Assembly (NCBI GenBank): GCA_021807975.1
Contig: JAKBCJ010000001.1
Coordinates: forward strand, 1 to 36,127
Source: Pseudomonadota bacterium
Lineage (GTDB): Bacteria; Pseudomonadota; Alphaproteobacteria; Acetobacterales; Acetobacteraceae
Length of the DNA: 36,127 nt
Reading direction: 5' to 3'
The notes beneath the pieces were generated by a model that worked only from the letters and a program-made list of their open reading frames with translations, was not told the origin of the DNA and made no database searches. Shown here piece after piece: positions 1 through 9,477 of this stretch. The position numbers were made by a program, and so were the translations under genes. Each line of letters opens with the position of its first letter. Within the stretch, counting starts at the first letter, position 1.

Positions 1-843
1 GCCTTGCGCCGACTCCAGACCCGCTGACGCGACCTCGTTGAAGCCGGAGGCGAGCGAGATCACGGTCTGGCCATTACGGCCGATACCGAATTCGTGTGCC
101 TGTTTCACCAGGTTCGTCCAATCGCTGCCACCGCAGGCCAGGCCCACGGCTTTCGCGCCGGAGGCTTGTGCCTTGAGCAGATAACTGGACAGGTCGGAAC
201 TGTTGAGGGGAAACGATGTCGCGCCCAGGAACTTGCCGCCGGCCTTCGTGACGAACGCCTCGGCGTCCTCCCGCAAGGCGTGGCCGAAGGCGTAATCGAC
301 ATTGACGATGTACCAACTGGTGAGACCTGCCGTCATCGCGGCGTTGGCCACCGCGCGCACCGATGCGTACGTGTCGAACCCAAACTGAAAGCTGGTGGGT
401 TTGCAGGATTTTCCGGTCAGTGCGGCGCTCATGCTGCCGGCGATCAGCAGGATGCGGTTGCGCTCGCGCACCAGATCCGCGGCAGCCAGCGTTATGGAGG
501 ATGCCGATCCGCAGACGATGGCCTGGACGTTTTCGTCGTCGAGCCATTTTCTTGCTATGCCCATTCCCACGTCGGGCTTGTTCTGATCGTCCGCGGCGAT
601 CACCGCGACCGGCCGTCCCAGTACGGTGTTGCCAAAATCCCGCACCGCCATCTGAACCGCCAGCAACAGGCCCGGGCCGGTGTCGTCCGCATAGACCCCC
701 GACATGTCGCACAGAACGCCGATCTTCACCGGTTCGACAGCCTGTTGGGCGAAGACGCGGCGTGCGGCGGCGGCGGGGAACAAGGCGCCGCCCGCGGCAA
801 GGAGTGCGCGGCGCGACATCCAATCCAGCCTGTCGTTTTTCAT
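1..843 (-). CDS. ABC transporter substrate-binding protein (Liv/Peripla_BP_6-like) with Tat-like signal; runs off the left edge
   Basis: Not in the ORF track; translated by hand from ATG at 843 (SD GGAGGAG): MKNDRLDWMSRRALLAAGG...VKIGVLCDMSGVYADDTGPG...DDQNKPDVG...DYAFGHAL. Open frame to base 1. Confidence 0.9.
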   Translation of the reverse strand, partial: MKNDRLDWMSRRALLAAGGALFPAAAARRVFAQQAVEPVKIGVLCDMSGVYADDTGPGLLLAVQMAVRDFGNTVLGRPVAVIAADDQNKPDVGMGIARKWLDDENVQAIVCGSASSITLAAADLVRERNRILLIAGSMSAALTGKSCKPTSFQFGFDTYASVRAVANAAMTAGLTSWYIVNVDYAFGHALREDAEAFVTKAGGKFLGATSFPLNSSDLSSYLLKAQASGAKAVGLACGGSDWTNLVKQAHEFGIGRNGQTVISLASGFNEVASAGLESAQG

Positions 844-1022
844 GATCGTTATCTCCTCCACGTCGTTTTTGTTTTGCCGGCATTTTGGCCCGGCAATTCA
901 GCGCGTCATCCGTGCGGGCATGCGGTCAGGCTCGACGGCTGGCTGATGACCATCCGGTTGCATCGAAATGAGGATGCCGAACGCCATAGTCGCCGGTCGT
1001 CTGGCGTTCAGGATGCGCATGA

Positions 1023-1058
1023 ATCGCTATATGCGCCAATCCGCATATGATAAGCGAT
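1023..1058. promoter_or_regulatory. Inverted repeat in the divergent promoter region, candidate regulator site
   Basis: ATATGCG(1029-1035)-N6-CGCATAT(1042-1048), flanked by ATCGCT/AGCGAT, between the SBP gene and the LysR gene. Confidence 0.4.
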
Positions 1059-1089
1059 ACCTGTTCAAAAAAGACAAAGACGGGAGGAG

Positions 1090-2016
1090 ATGAGTACAAT
1101 TCAGGCCATGGAGCTGTTTGTCTGGTCGGTCAGACAAGGCAGCTTCTCCGGTGCCAGCCGTCGGGCCGGGCTGTCGCCCGCGTCCGTGTCGCGTCATATC
1201 GCGCAACTGGAGGCATCGCTGGGCGTTCAACTGCTGAACCGCACCAGCCGCAAACTCGCGCTGACCGAAGCCGGCCAAGCCTATTTCGCTCGGATCGAAC
1301 CCGCGCTGGAAAGCATCCGCGAGGCCGAGGCCGCGGCCGTTGCGTTTCAGGCGACGCCCAGCGGGACGCTGCGCGTGCAATCCCGGACGATGTTCGGACT
1401 ACGGATAGTAGCCCCGCTGATTCCGCGATTTCAGGCGCTTTACCCGTCGGTGCGGGTCGATCTGCGGCTGACGGAGCAGCCGGTCAATCTGACCGCGGCG
1501 GAATTCGATGTGGAATTTTGCATCGGGCAGCCGCCGGACTCCAGCCTGAAGCAGCGCCTGATCCTTGCCAGCGAACGCTATCTGGTTGCCAGTCCGGCCT
1601 ATCTTTCCCGTATGCCGCCGCTGTTGCAACCCGGCGACGTGATGGCGCATGCATGCCTGACATACTGGCTTGGACCGGAGGAACCGGTCTGGAAATTTTT
1701 CGCCGACGGGCATCTGGATGAGATCGCGGTGCGATCCGCGTTCAGCAGCAACAATGGCGAGGTACTGCGGACGTTGGCGATGCTGGGCCATGGCATCGCG
1801 CTTCTGGACGACTACACGGTGCGGCCCGACCTTGACGCCGGGCGCCTGGTCCGTTTGCTGGCCACGCATCGGGTGACGAATACGCAATTTCGCGGCGGGA
1901 TTTACGCGGTTTACCACAATTCGGGGTTCGTGCCGGCAAAGCTGCAGGCGTTTCTGGATTTCCTGTCGGCCAAGAGCACGATCCAGTTGGCGTATGCGGC
2001 GTCGGCGTCGTTGTAA
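1090..2016 (+). CDS. LysR-family transcriptional regulator (CrgA/DmlR-like)
   Basis: HTH GSFSGASRRAGLSPASVSRHIAQLEASLGVQLLNRTSRKLALTEAG; C-terminal SNNGEVL...GIALL; SD GGAGG upstream. Confidence 0.95.
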   Translation: MSTIQAMELFVWSVRQGSFSGASRRAGLSPASVSRHIAQLEASLGVQLLNRTSRKLALTEAGQAYFARIEPALESIREAEAAAVAFQATPSGTLRVQSRTMFGLRIVAPLIPRFQALYPSVRVDLRLTEQPVNLTAAEFDVEFCIGQPPDSSLKQRLILASERYLVASPAYLSRMPPLLQPGDVMAHACLTYWLGPEEPVWKFFADGHLDEIAVRSAFSSNNGEVLRTLAMLGHGIALLDDYTVRPDLDAGRLVRLLATHRVTNTQFRGGIYAVYHNSGFVPAKLQAFLDFLSAKSTIQLAYAASASL

Positions 2017-2046
2017 AGCGGCGCCGGCCTGTGATCGTCACGGCAG

Positions 2047-2071
2047 GATGGCCGGGACAGGCCCGGCCATC
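2047..2071. repeat. REP-like palindrome between convergent lysR and gabD
   Basis: GATGGCCGGG-ACAGG-CCCGGCCATC, a perfect 10-bp stem; related to the copies at 31148 and 34407-34492. Confidence 0.75.
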
Positions 2072-2136
2072 GCGATAGAAGGTGAAACGTCGTTTTCTTC
2101 CGCTGTTTGATTCGGCGGATCGACGGTCGCCCGCGG

Positions 2137-3615
2137 CTATGTCCCGATCCCGCCGATCGCCAGATACTTGATCTCCAGGTAATCCTCGATCCCGTATTTG
2201 GACCCCTCGCGCCCGAGCCCGGAGGATTTCATGCCGCCGAACGGCGCCTCGGCAGTGGAGATGATCCCTTCGTTGATCCCGATGATGCCGTATTCCAACG
2301 CCTCACCCACGCGGAAGATACGGCCGATATCGCGGGCATAGAAATAGGCGGCGAGACCGAATTCGGTGTCGTTCGCCAGGCGGATGGCTTCTTCCTCGGT
2401 CTTGAAGCGGAACAGCGGCGCGACCGGGCCGAAGGTTTCCTCGCGGAAGATCAGCGCATCGTGCGGGACGTTCGCCAACACGGTGGGTTCGTAGAAATTG
2501 CCGCCCAACCGATGCTTCTTGCCGCCGGTCACCACCGTAGCACCCATCGAAAGGGCGTTGGCGACATGCTCCTCCACCTTCGTCACGGCAGCGGCGTTGA
2601 TCAGCGGGCCTTGCGACACCCCTGGCTCCATGCCGTTGCCGACCTTCATTGCCTCGACGGCCGCCTTCAGCTTGGCGGCGAAGGCGTCGTACACGCCGTC
2701 CTGCACCAGGATTCGGTTGGCGCACACGCAGGTCTGCCCGGTGTTGCGGAACTTGCTGCCCATTGCGCCGGTCACGGCGGCATCCAGGTCCGCGTCGTCG
2801 AATACGATGAAGGGGGCGTTGCCGCCCAGTTCCATGCTGGTTTTCTTGATCGTCGGCGCGCACTGCGCCAGCAGCTTGGCGCCGACTTCGGTGGAGCCGG
2901 TGAACGACAGTTTCCGCACCAGCGGGTTGGCGGTCAGTTCGCCGCCCATCGCCGAGGACCCGCCGGTCAGCACGTTGCACACACCGGCCGGCATGCCAGC
3001 GCGTTCCGCCAGCACCGCCAGCGCCAGGGCGGAGAAGGGGGTCTGCGAGGCCGGCCGGATGACCCCGGTGCAGCCAGCCGCCCAGCCGGGACCGGCCTTG
3101 CGGGTGATCATGGCGGCCGGGAAGTTCCAGGGGGTGATCGCCGCGAACACGCCGATGGGCTCTTTCAGCACCAGGATGCGGCGACCCTTGGCGTTCTGCG
3201 GGATGGTGTCGCCGTAGATGCGCTTCGCCTCCTCGGCGAACCAGTCGATGAAGCTGGCGGCATAGACGATTTCGCCCTTGCTCTCGGCCAGCGGCTTGCC
3301 TTGTTCGGCGGTCATGATCACCGCCAGATCGTCGGCGTTGGCCAGCATCAGGTCGGACAATTTCCGCAATATGGCGCCGCGTTCCTTCGCCAGCATCGCG
3401 CGCCAGCCGGGATAGGCTTTGTTCGCGGCCTCGATGGCACGCCTGGTTTCGGCGGCGCCCATGTTGGGGACTTCGCCAACCGCCTCCCCGGTCGCCGGGT
3501 TTTTCACAACGATGGTCTGGCCGTTATCGGCACCCACCCATTTGCCGTCCAGATAGTTTGCCTGACGGAACAGCGTCGGGTCCTTCAGCGGCAGCGGCGA
3601 GACTGGGTTCAACAT
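2137..3615 (-). CDS. gabD: NAD(P)-dependent succinate-semialdehyde dehydrogenase
   Basis: ALDH motifs ITPWNFP, FTGSTEVG, MELGGNAP, GQTCVC, EETFGP, PFGGMKSSGLGREGSKYG. Start moved to ATG 3615 (MLNPVS...), which has SD AGGAGG. Confidence 0.92.
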   Translation of the reverse strand: MLNPVSPLPLKDPTLFRQANYLDGKWVGADNGQTIVVKNPATGEAVGEVPNMGAAETRRAIEAANKAYPGWRAMLAKERGAILRKLSDLMLANADDLAVIMTAEQGKPLAESKGEIVYAASFIDWFAEEAKRIYGDTIPQNAKGRRILVLKEPIGVFAAITPWNFPAAMITRKAGPGWAAGCTGVIRPASQTPFSALALAVLAERAGMPAGVCNVLTGGSSAMGGELTANPLVRKLSFTGSTEVGAKLLAQCAPTIKKTSMELGGNAPFIVFDDADLDAAVTGAMGSKFRNTGQTCVCANRILVQDGVYDAFAAKLKAAVEAMKVGNGMEPGVSQGPLINAAAVTKVEEHVANALSMGATVVTGGKKHRLGGNFYEPTVLANVPHDALIFREETFGPVAPLFRFKTEEEAIRLANDTEFGLAAYFYARDIGRIFRVGEALEYGIIGINEGIISTAEAPFGGMKSSGLGREGSKYGIEDYLEIKYLAIGGIGT

Positions 3616-3723
3616 CGATCGGTCCTCCTGTTTCCTGGTTGCGCTGAACATAGGACGGTTGGGCGTCGGTGTCAGGGTGGGGCGGTGGTTCACAAGGCGG
3701 CGGGATTACCATCCAATGGGTGC

Positions 3724-5187
3724 ATGACGCGCGAACCGCCGGCCGATACCAGCAGAACCTTCCGTCTTGTCCTGTACGACGCCCTTGCCAGCGAGGCGAT
3801 GGCGACCCTGACCACGGGCGTGTTCCTCGCCGGGTTCCTGGTGGATTTGGGCGCCAGCAATGTCGCGATTGGCGTGCTGGCGGCGGTGCCGTTCGCGGTG
3901 CAATTCCTGCAACTGCCGGCCGTGGTGCTGGTGGAACGGCTGCGGACGCGCCGGGCGATCTGCGCCTGGTCGGCCGGGGTCGGGCGGGCGTTTCTGTTGG
4001 TCGCGGCAATGGCACCCTTCGTCGCCGGCGATTGGGGTATTGTCCTGCTGATTGCCTCCGTCGGGATCTATCAGGCCCTGGCGGCGATTGCCGGGTGTTC
4101 CTGGAATTCCTGGATGCGCGATCTTGTCCCCGAATCCGAGTTCGGCCGCTTCTTCGGCCGCCGAGCGGCGGCGACCACCGCGCTGGCGACCGGCCTGGCG
4201 CTGGTGTGCGGGCTGGGGATCGACCGTTGGAAGGCGCTGCTGCCGGATCACCCGGCCTATGTCTATACCGTGATGTTCGTGTTCAGCGCGGTGGTCGGGT
4301 TTTTGGGGGTTTGGCTGCTGTCGATCACGCCCGACCAGCCGATGCCGCCCGCCAGCCAGCGCACGCCCGTGCGCGCCATGTTCGCCGCCCCGTTCGCGGA
4401 CCGGAATTTTCGCCAGTTGATGCTGTTCCTTGGGTCCTGGAACTTCGCCGCCAACCTCGCCGCGCCCTTCTTCGCCGTCTATATGTTGAAGACCGTCGGC
4501 TATTCGATGGGAACGATTATTGTCCTGACTACCGCGAGCCAGCTTAGCAACCTTGCGGCCCTCGGCCTGTGGGGCACGCTGATCGATCGGTTCAGCAACA
4601 AGGCGGTGCTGGGGATCGCCGCGCCGCTGTTTCTGATGTGTACTCTGGCATGGAGTTTCACCGGTCTGGCGTGGATTCAACCGGCGGTTTTCTTCGTGCT
4701 GTTGGCCATCCATGTGCTGATGGGCGTCGCCACGGCCGGCGTGGCGCTGGCGTCGGGCAATATTGCGATGAAACTGTCGCCGCCGGGGCAGGCGACGGCG
4801 TATCTGGCGTCCAACAGTGTCGTCAGCGCGACCTGCGCGGCGATTGCCCCGATCCTGGGTGGGCTGCTGGCGGATTTCTTCGCCGCGCGCGATCTGAGCT
4901 TCGGGTTCACCTGGAAGGGCACCGAAGATGCGGTGACTCTACAAGTGTTGGATTTCCATGCCTGGACGTTCCTGTTCGGGCTGTCGGCGATGGTAGGGCT
5001 GTTCTCCCTGCACCGGCTGTCGTTCGTGAACGAAGCCGCGGGCACCACCGACCCGCTGCAGGTGCGCCACCTGCTGATCGAGGCTCGGCGGTCGGTGCAG
5101 GGGATTTCCAGCGCCGCCGGGTTGCTGCGCGTTGTGCGCGTGCCGTCGTGGCTGATCCGGCCGCGAAGCGGGAAGGCGCCGCGATAG
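3724..5187 (+). CDS. MFS transporter
   Basis: C-terminal 487 aa of the 1026-aa track ORF, starting MTREPPADTS. About 12 hydrophobic segments and a WGTLIDRFSNK motif-A-like sequence. Confidence 0.88.
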   Translation: MTREPPADTSRTFRLVLYDALASEAMATLTTGVFLAGFLVDLGASNVAIGVLAAVPFAVQFLQLPAVVLVERLRTRRAICAWSAGVGRAFLLVAAMAPFVAGDWGIVLLIASVGIYQALAAIAGCSWNSWMRDLVPESEFGRFFGRRAAATTALATGLALVCGLGIDRWKALLPDHPAYVYTVMFVFSAVVGFLGVWLLSITPDQPMPPASQRTPVRAMFAAPFADRNFRQLMLFLGSWNFAANLAAPFFAVYMLKTVGYSMGTIIVLTTASQLSNLAALGLWGTLIDRFSNKAVLGIAAPLFLMCTLAWSFTGLAWIQPAVFFVLLAIHVLMGVATAGVALASGNIAMKLSPPGQATAYLASNSVVSATCAAIAPILGGLLADFFAARDLSFGFTWKGTEDAVTLQVLDFHAWTFLFGLSAMVGLFSLHRLSFVNEAAGTTDPLQVRHLLIEARRSVQGISSAAGLLRVVRVPSWLIRPRSGKAPR

Positions 5188-5255
5188 CGGGTGGGTGATC
5201 CCGGAGGCGGGGTTCGCACTTGGCCGACTCCGGCCATGTGCAGTCTGTTAGAAGT

Positions 5256-8200
5256 ATGAGTACCAGTCAAATGCGTGTTGTCGAGTCCGATTTGTGGGAC
5301 CGGTATATCGGTCTGCCTCCCGGCCCCCGGCTGGTATTGCGGCTGAAGAGCCTGATGGTACCCGCCGTGACGAAGTCCGAGTTCGTGGAGTGCATCCGCG
5401 CGACCGGGATAGTACCGCAGACGGGTCGGCAGTGGTCCCCGCAACTCGTCAATGCACTGTGCGACGAACTGCGGCGCAAGGGATTGCTGAAAGCGGACGA
5501 TGCCTGCGTGCCTGAACTGCTGCATCCAGTCGCCGCAGACGCGGGCGCGTCGCCGGATGCGCTTGCGCTGGCCGGGGCGATCGAGCGGATTCTGCCCGGG
5601 GACCGTCCGGCCAGTCAGTATTATTCGTCCAGCCGAATTATCGACTCGAACGCCGTGCGTCGCTTGATCCGGTTGTCGGTCTATACGGACAACGAGCTGA
5701 TCTTCATCCGGAACCGCGATCTGTGCGAAAAGCACATGGCGCCCGAACGCTCGGTTATGGTTGTTGCCCGGGCATTCCAGGATGCGCCGATCGACGCCGG
5801 CTGGATCGCCAGCCGCTGCCCGGTCATTCAGGCGTCGCTACTGGAAGCCGTGATGACCAGCTTCATCCTGACTGGCGCGAATGGCAGGGGCATCGGCGAG
5901 ATACTCGGTTTGGCCAGAAGCCAGCGCGGGAAAGTGGGCTTCGGCGCGGTGGCCGCCCAGTTATCGCGGTGCGATCTGCTCGCTCTCCGTCTCGACGATC
6001 TTCGCGAATCGCTGGCGGCGGCCAAAGGGACGGCGGCCGGCGACGACGTGCAGGCGATGGAGGCCGCTCTGGCGTTTCTTCAGGGACGGAACGACGCTGC
6101 GCTGACGCATTATCGCGACGCCCTGAAACTGCGCCGCAAGCGGCTGGGGAAGCGCAAGGTGTTCCTGGAGCATGAGCATCTTATTCTGTTCCCGATGGCT
6201 CTGCTGCGCGCCAACGATGCCAGCCTGCATACAGAGCTACAGAATGGGTTGGATGCGGCGATGGCCGGGCAAGTGCCGCTCGACCATGGGACCGGACTGC
6301 TGGCGATGCAGGCGTTGCTGTGGGTGGTCCAAGGCCTGCAGACCCGCGCGCTGGATCTGCTCGCCGACATTTCCACGCGGATCGGGCAGTCCCTGTTGTC
6401 CGAGGCCTGCGTCGCTCTGGCGGCATATTCCCTGGATGCCAACGTGTCGCGTGCCAATCTGGCCGAGCTTGCCGCAAGGTTCGAAAGCATCGAGCAAATG
6501 CAGCCGCTGCCGGCGTGCATCTATGCCGAAATCCTGTCCAAGGTCGCGCCGCGCCCCGAACGCTATAAGGCCTTCCTCGGCGGGGCGGATATCATCGCCT
6601 TCACCGGGATCATCGAGATTCGGCAACCCTGGGAGCGTGCCCTGGAAAGTCTGGGTGCATTCCTGGACAAGGGCGACCCGGCAGCGGAAACCGCAAAGGC
6701 GCCCCGCAAGGCGAAGCGCCTGGTTTTCTTCGTCGATCCGGATACCGAGGAGGTGACCGCGGCCGAACAATCCGCCAAGGGACGCGACGGCTGGACCGAT
6801 GGGCGGGCCGTAGCGATGAAACGGCTGTACGAACAGGACCCAAGGCTGGACTACCTGACGCCACAGGACCGGCTGGCGTTGCGCACCATCCGCAAGCACG
6901 CCGCGGACTGGTATGGCGAGGACAGCTATGAATTCGATAGCCCCCGCACACTGCTGGCGCTGATTGGCCATCCGGCGGTGTTTGATGCCGCGCAGCGGTC
7001 CCAGCCGCTGGAACTGGTGTCGTATCCGCTGGAACTGCTGGTGACCGAGACGCGGAACGGATACCGGATCGCGTTATCCCACACCGCCGACGAGCCGACA
7101 GTGTTCCTGGAGCCGGAAACGCCTTCGCGCTATCGCGTGATCGATTTTCCCAAGCCGATGCTGGCGGTTCAGGAAATCCTCGGCGACAGCGGCCTGACCG
7201 TGCCCGCCGCCGCCCGCGACAAAGTGGTGGCGATGGTGCGCCGGAACAGCCCCACCTTGCCGATCCGGGCGGAAATCGCCGAGGCCGATCAGCCGGGAAC
7301 CGAGGGGCAGGCAACGCCCGTGGTTCAGTTGGTGCCGTACGAGGCCGGGTTGAAACTGGGGCTGGTCGTCCGTCCGTTCGGTGCCAACGGCCCCGCCTAT
7401 GTCGCGGGCCTGGGCGGCCGGTCGGTGCTGGCGACTGTCGGCGGCCAACAGCTTCGCGCCAACCGTGACCTGCCGCGCGAACTCGCCGAACGCACCGCGC
7501 TGATAGACGCGTGCCCGACGCTGCGTGACCGCGGCGGCGCCGAGTTGCATGAGTTGGTGGTCGAAGACCTGGACGGCTGCCTGGAACTGCTGCTGGAATT
7601 GCGGTCCTACGCTGGACCGATCTCCGTGGAGTGGCCGGAAGGCCGAGCGATGCGCGTCAGTGCGGTGTCGGCCGGCAATATGAAACTGCGCGTCGCTCAG
7701 GATCGCGACTGGTTCAATGTCGATGGCACCGTGGCGCTGGACGAGGACCAGGTGCTGGAAATGCGCTTCCTGCTGGAACGGCTCGACAAGGCGCAGGGCC
7801 GCTTCGTGCCGTTGGGCGACGGGCGCTTCGTCGCGCTGACCCGACAGTTGCAGACCCAGTTGCAGCGGCTGGCGTCGGTGTCGGAGCCCTCGAAATCCGG
7901 CCGGCGGGTGCATGCGCTGGGTGCGCCAGCCCTGGATGCTGTTCTGGAAGACGCCGGCGAAGTGAAATCCGACGCCGCCTGGAAGAAGTTTGTCGCCCGC
8001 ATCCGAGCCGCCGAGGGGTGGACTCCCGTGCTGCCCCCGACGTTGCAGGCGGAGTTGCGGGATTACCAGGTGGAAGGCTTCGTCTGGATGTCCCGGCTGG
8101 CGCGGTGGGGCGCCGGCGCCTGTCTGGCCGACGATATGGGGTTGGGCAAGACGGTGCAGGCGATCGCGGTGATGCTGGACCGCGCGGAGGAGGGGCCGTG

Positions 8201-9416
8201 CCTGGTGGTCGCCCCCACATCGGTATGCCCGAACTGGGAGAATGAGATCGCTCGGTTTGCTCCGACCCTGCGCACGCACCGGCTGGCCGGGACGGGGGAT
8301 CGTGCCGAACTGGTGGCCGGGCTGGGCGCGCGGGATGTGTTGGTATGCAGCTATGGCATGCTGGGCGAGTCGGTGGCCGGGCGGGACTGGCAGATGGTGG
8401 TGCTCGATGAGGCGCAGGCCATCAAGAACGCCGACACGCGGCGGGCGCAGGCGGTGCAGACGCTGCGGGCCGGCTTCCGGCTGGCGCTGACCGGGACGCC
8501 CGTCGAAAATTACCTGGACGAGCTTTGGAGTCTGTTCGGATTCGTGAACCCCGGCGTGCTCGGTTCGCGGGAGGGGTTCCAGAAGCGGTTCGCCCGGCCG
8601 ATCGAGAAGGACAAGGACCCGCACGCGCGTCAGGCGTTGCGGGCGCTGATCCGGCCGTTCCTGCTGCGCCGGACCAAGGCGGCGGTGCTGAGCGAGCTGC
8701 CTCCACGCACCGAACAGACGCTGAATGTGGAGATGCCGGAGGCGGAGCGGGCGTTCTATGAGGCGCTGCGGCAGCGGTCGCTGGAGCGGATCGCGGCGCT
8801 GGACGCGCCGGAAGGGCGGCGGAAAATCCAAATCCTGGCGGAGATCACCCGGCTGCGGCGGGCGTGCTGCAACCCGGCGCTGATCGACCCGGCGGCTGGG
8901 ATACCCAGCGGGAAGCTGGCGGCATTCATGGAGCTGGTGGAGGAACTGATCCGCAACCGGCACCGGGCGCTGGTGTTCAGCCAGTTCGTCGGGCACCTGG
9001 AACTGGTAAGGGCGGCGCTGGACGGGAAGGGGATTCGGCACGAATACCTGGATGGCAGCACTCCGTCGGCCGAACGGGAGAAGCGGGTGGCATCGTTCCA
9101 GACGGGCGGGGCCGATCTGTTCCTGATCAGCCTGCGGGCCGGCGGGACCGGGCTGAACCTGACGGCGGCGGATTATGTGGTGCATCTGGACCCGTGGTGG
9201 AACCCGGCGGTCGAGGATCAGGCGTCCGACCGAGCGCATCGGATCGGGCAGGAGCGGCCGGTGACGATTTACCGGCTGATCATGCAGGACAGTATCGAAC
9301 AGCAGATACTGGGGTTGCACCGGGACAAGCGCGATCTCGCCACTGACCTGCTGGACGGCACGGAAACCACCGCTCGGTTGAGCGAGGAGGCGCTGCTGGA
9401 TTTGATCCGGGGGTGA
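5256..9416 (+). CDS. Large SNF2-family helicase with a ~900-aa N-terminal extension
   Basis: Motifs LADDMGLGKT, LDEAQAIKN, LTGTPVEN, LVFSQF, SLRAGGTGLNL and WWNPAVEDQASDRAHRIGQ. Start uncertain (5220 TTG, 5256 ATG or 5271 ATG). Confidence 0.93.
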   Translation: MSTSQMRVVESDLWDRYIGLPPGPRLVLRLKSLMVPAVTKSEFVECIRATGIVPQTGRQWSPQLVNALCDELRRKGLLKADDACVPELLHPVAADAGASPDALALAGAIERILPGDRPASQYYSSSRIIDSNAVRRLIRLSVYTDNELIFIRNRDLCEKHMAPERSVMVVARAFQDAPIDAGWIASRCPVIQASLLEAVMTSFILTGANGRGIGEILGLARSQRGKVGFGAVAAQLSRCDLLALRLDDLRESLAAAKGTAAGDDVQAMEAALAFLQGRNDAALTHYRDALKLRRKRLGKRKVFLEHEHLILFPMALLRANDASLHTELQNGLDAAMAGQVPLDHGTGLLAMQALLWVVQGLQTRALDLLADISTRIGQSLLSEACVALAAYSLDANVSRANLAELAARFESIEQMQPLPACIYAEILSKVAPRPERYKAFLGGADIIAFTGIIEIRQPWERALESLGAFLDKGDPAAETAKAPRKAKRLVFFVDPDTEEVTAAEQSAKGRDGWTDGRAVAMKRLYEQDPRLDYLTPQDRLALRTIRKHAADWYGEDSYEFDSPRTLLALIGHPAVFDAAQRSQPLELVSYPLELLVTETRNGYRIALSHTADEPTVFLEPETPSRYRVIDFPKPMLAVQEILGDSGLTVPAAARDKVVAMVRRNSPTLPIRAEIAEADQPGTEGQATPVVQLVPYEAGLKLGLVVRPFGANGPAYVAGLGGRSVLATVGGQQLRANRDLPRELAERTALIDACPTLRDRGGAELHELVVEDLDGCLELLLELRSYAGPISVEWPEGRAMRVSAVSAGNMKLRVAQDRDWFNVDGTVALDEDQVLEMRFLLERLDKAQGRFVPLGDGRFVALTRQLQTQLQRLASVSEPSKSGRRVHALGAPALDAVLEDAGEVKSDAAWKKFVARIRAAEGWTPVLPPTLQAELRDYQVEGFVWMSRLARWGAGACLADDMGLGKTVQAIAVMLDRAEEGPCLVVAPTSVCPNWENEIARFAPTLRTHRLAGTGDRAELVAGLGARDVLVCSYGMLGESVAGRDWQMVVLDEAQAIKNADTRRAQAVQTLRAGFRLALTGTPVENYLDELWSLFGFVNPGVLGSREGFQKRFARPIEKDKDPHARQALRALIRPFLLRRTKAAVLSELPPRTEQTLNVEMPEAERAFYEALRQRSLERIAALDAPEGRRKIQILAEITRLRRACCNPALIDPAAGIPSGKLAAFMELVEELIRNRHRALVFSQFVGHLELVRAALDGKGIRHEYLDGSTPSAEREKRVASFQTGGADLFLISLRAGGTGLNLTAADYVVHLDPWWNPAVEDQASDRAHRIGQERPVTIYRLIMQDSIEQQILGLHRDKRDLATDLLDGTETTARLSEEALLDLIRG

Positions 9417-9477
9417 TGGACCAGCCTCCAGCATCGCGCGTTGACTGACATTTGGATTACCGAGATCGAACCATCCT

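Noticed and set aside
74-883. 269-aa minus-strand ORF in the track
   Set aside because: Wrong frame and Arg/Gly-rich. The true SBP frame starts at 843 and runs off the window.
2107-5187. 1026-aa ORF appearing to fuse an unknown domain to the MFS permease
   Set aside because: The N-terminal ~540 aa is the antisense shadow of gabD and its upstream region. Stop-free antisense frames are expected with high GC3. The real MFS gene starts near 3724.
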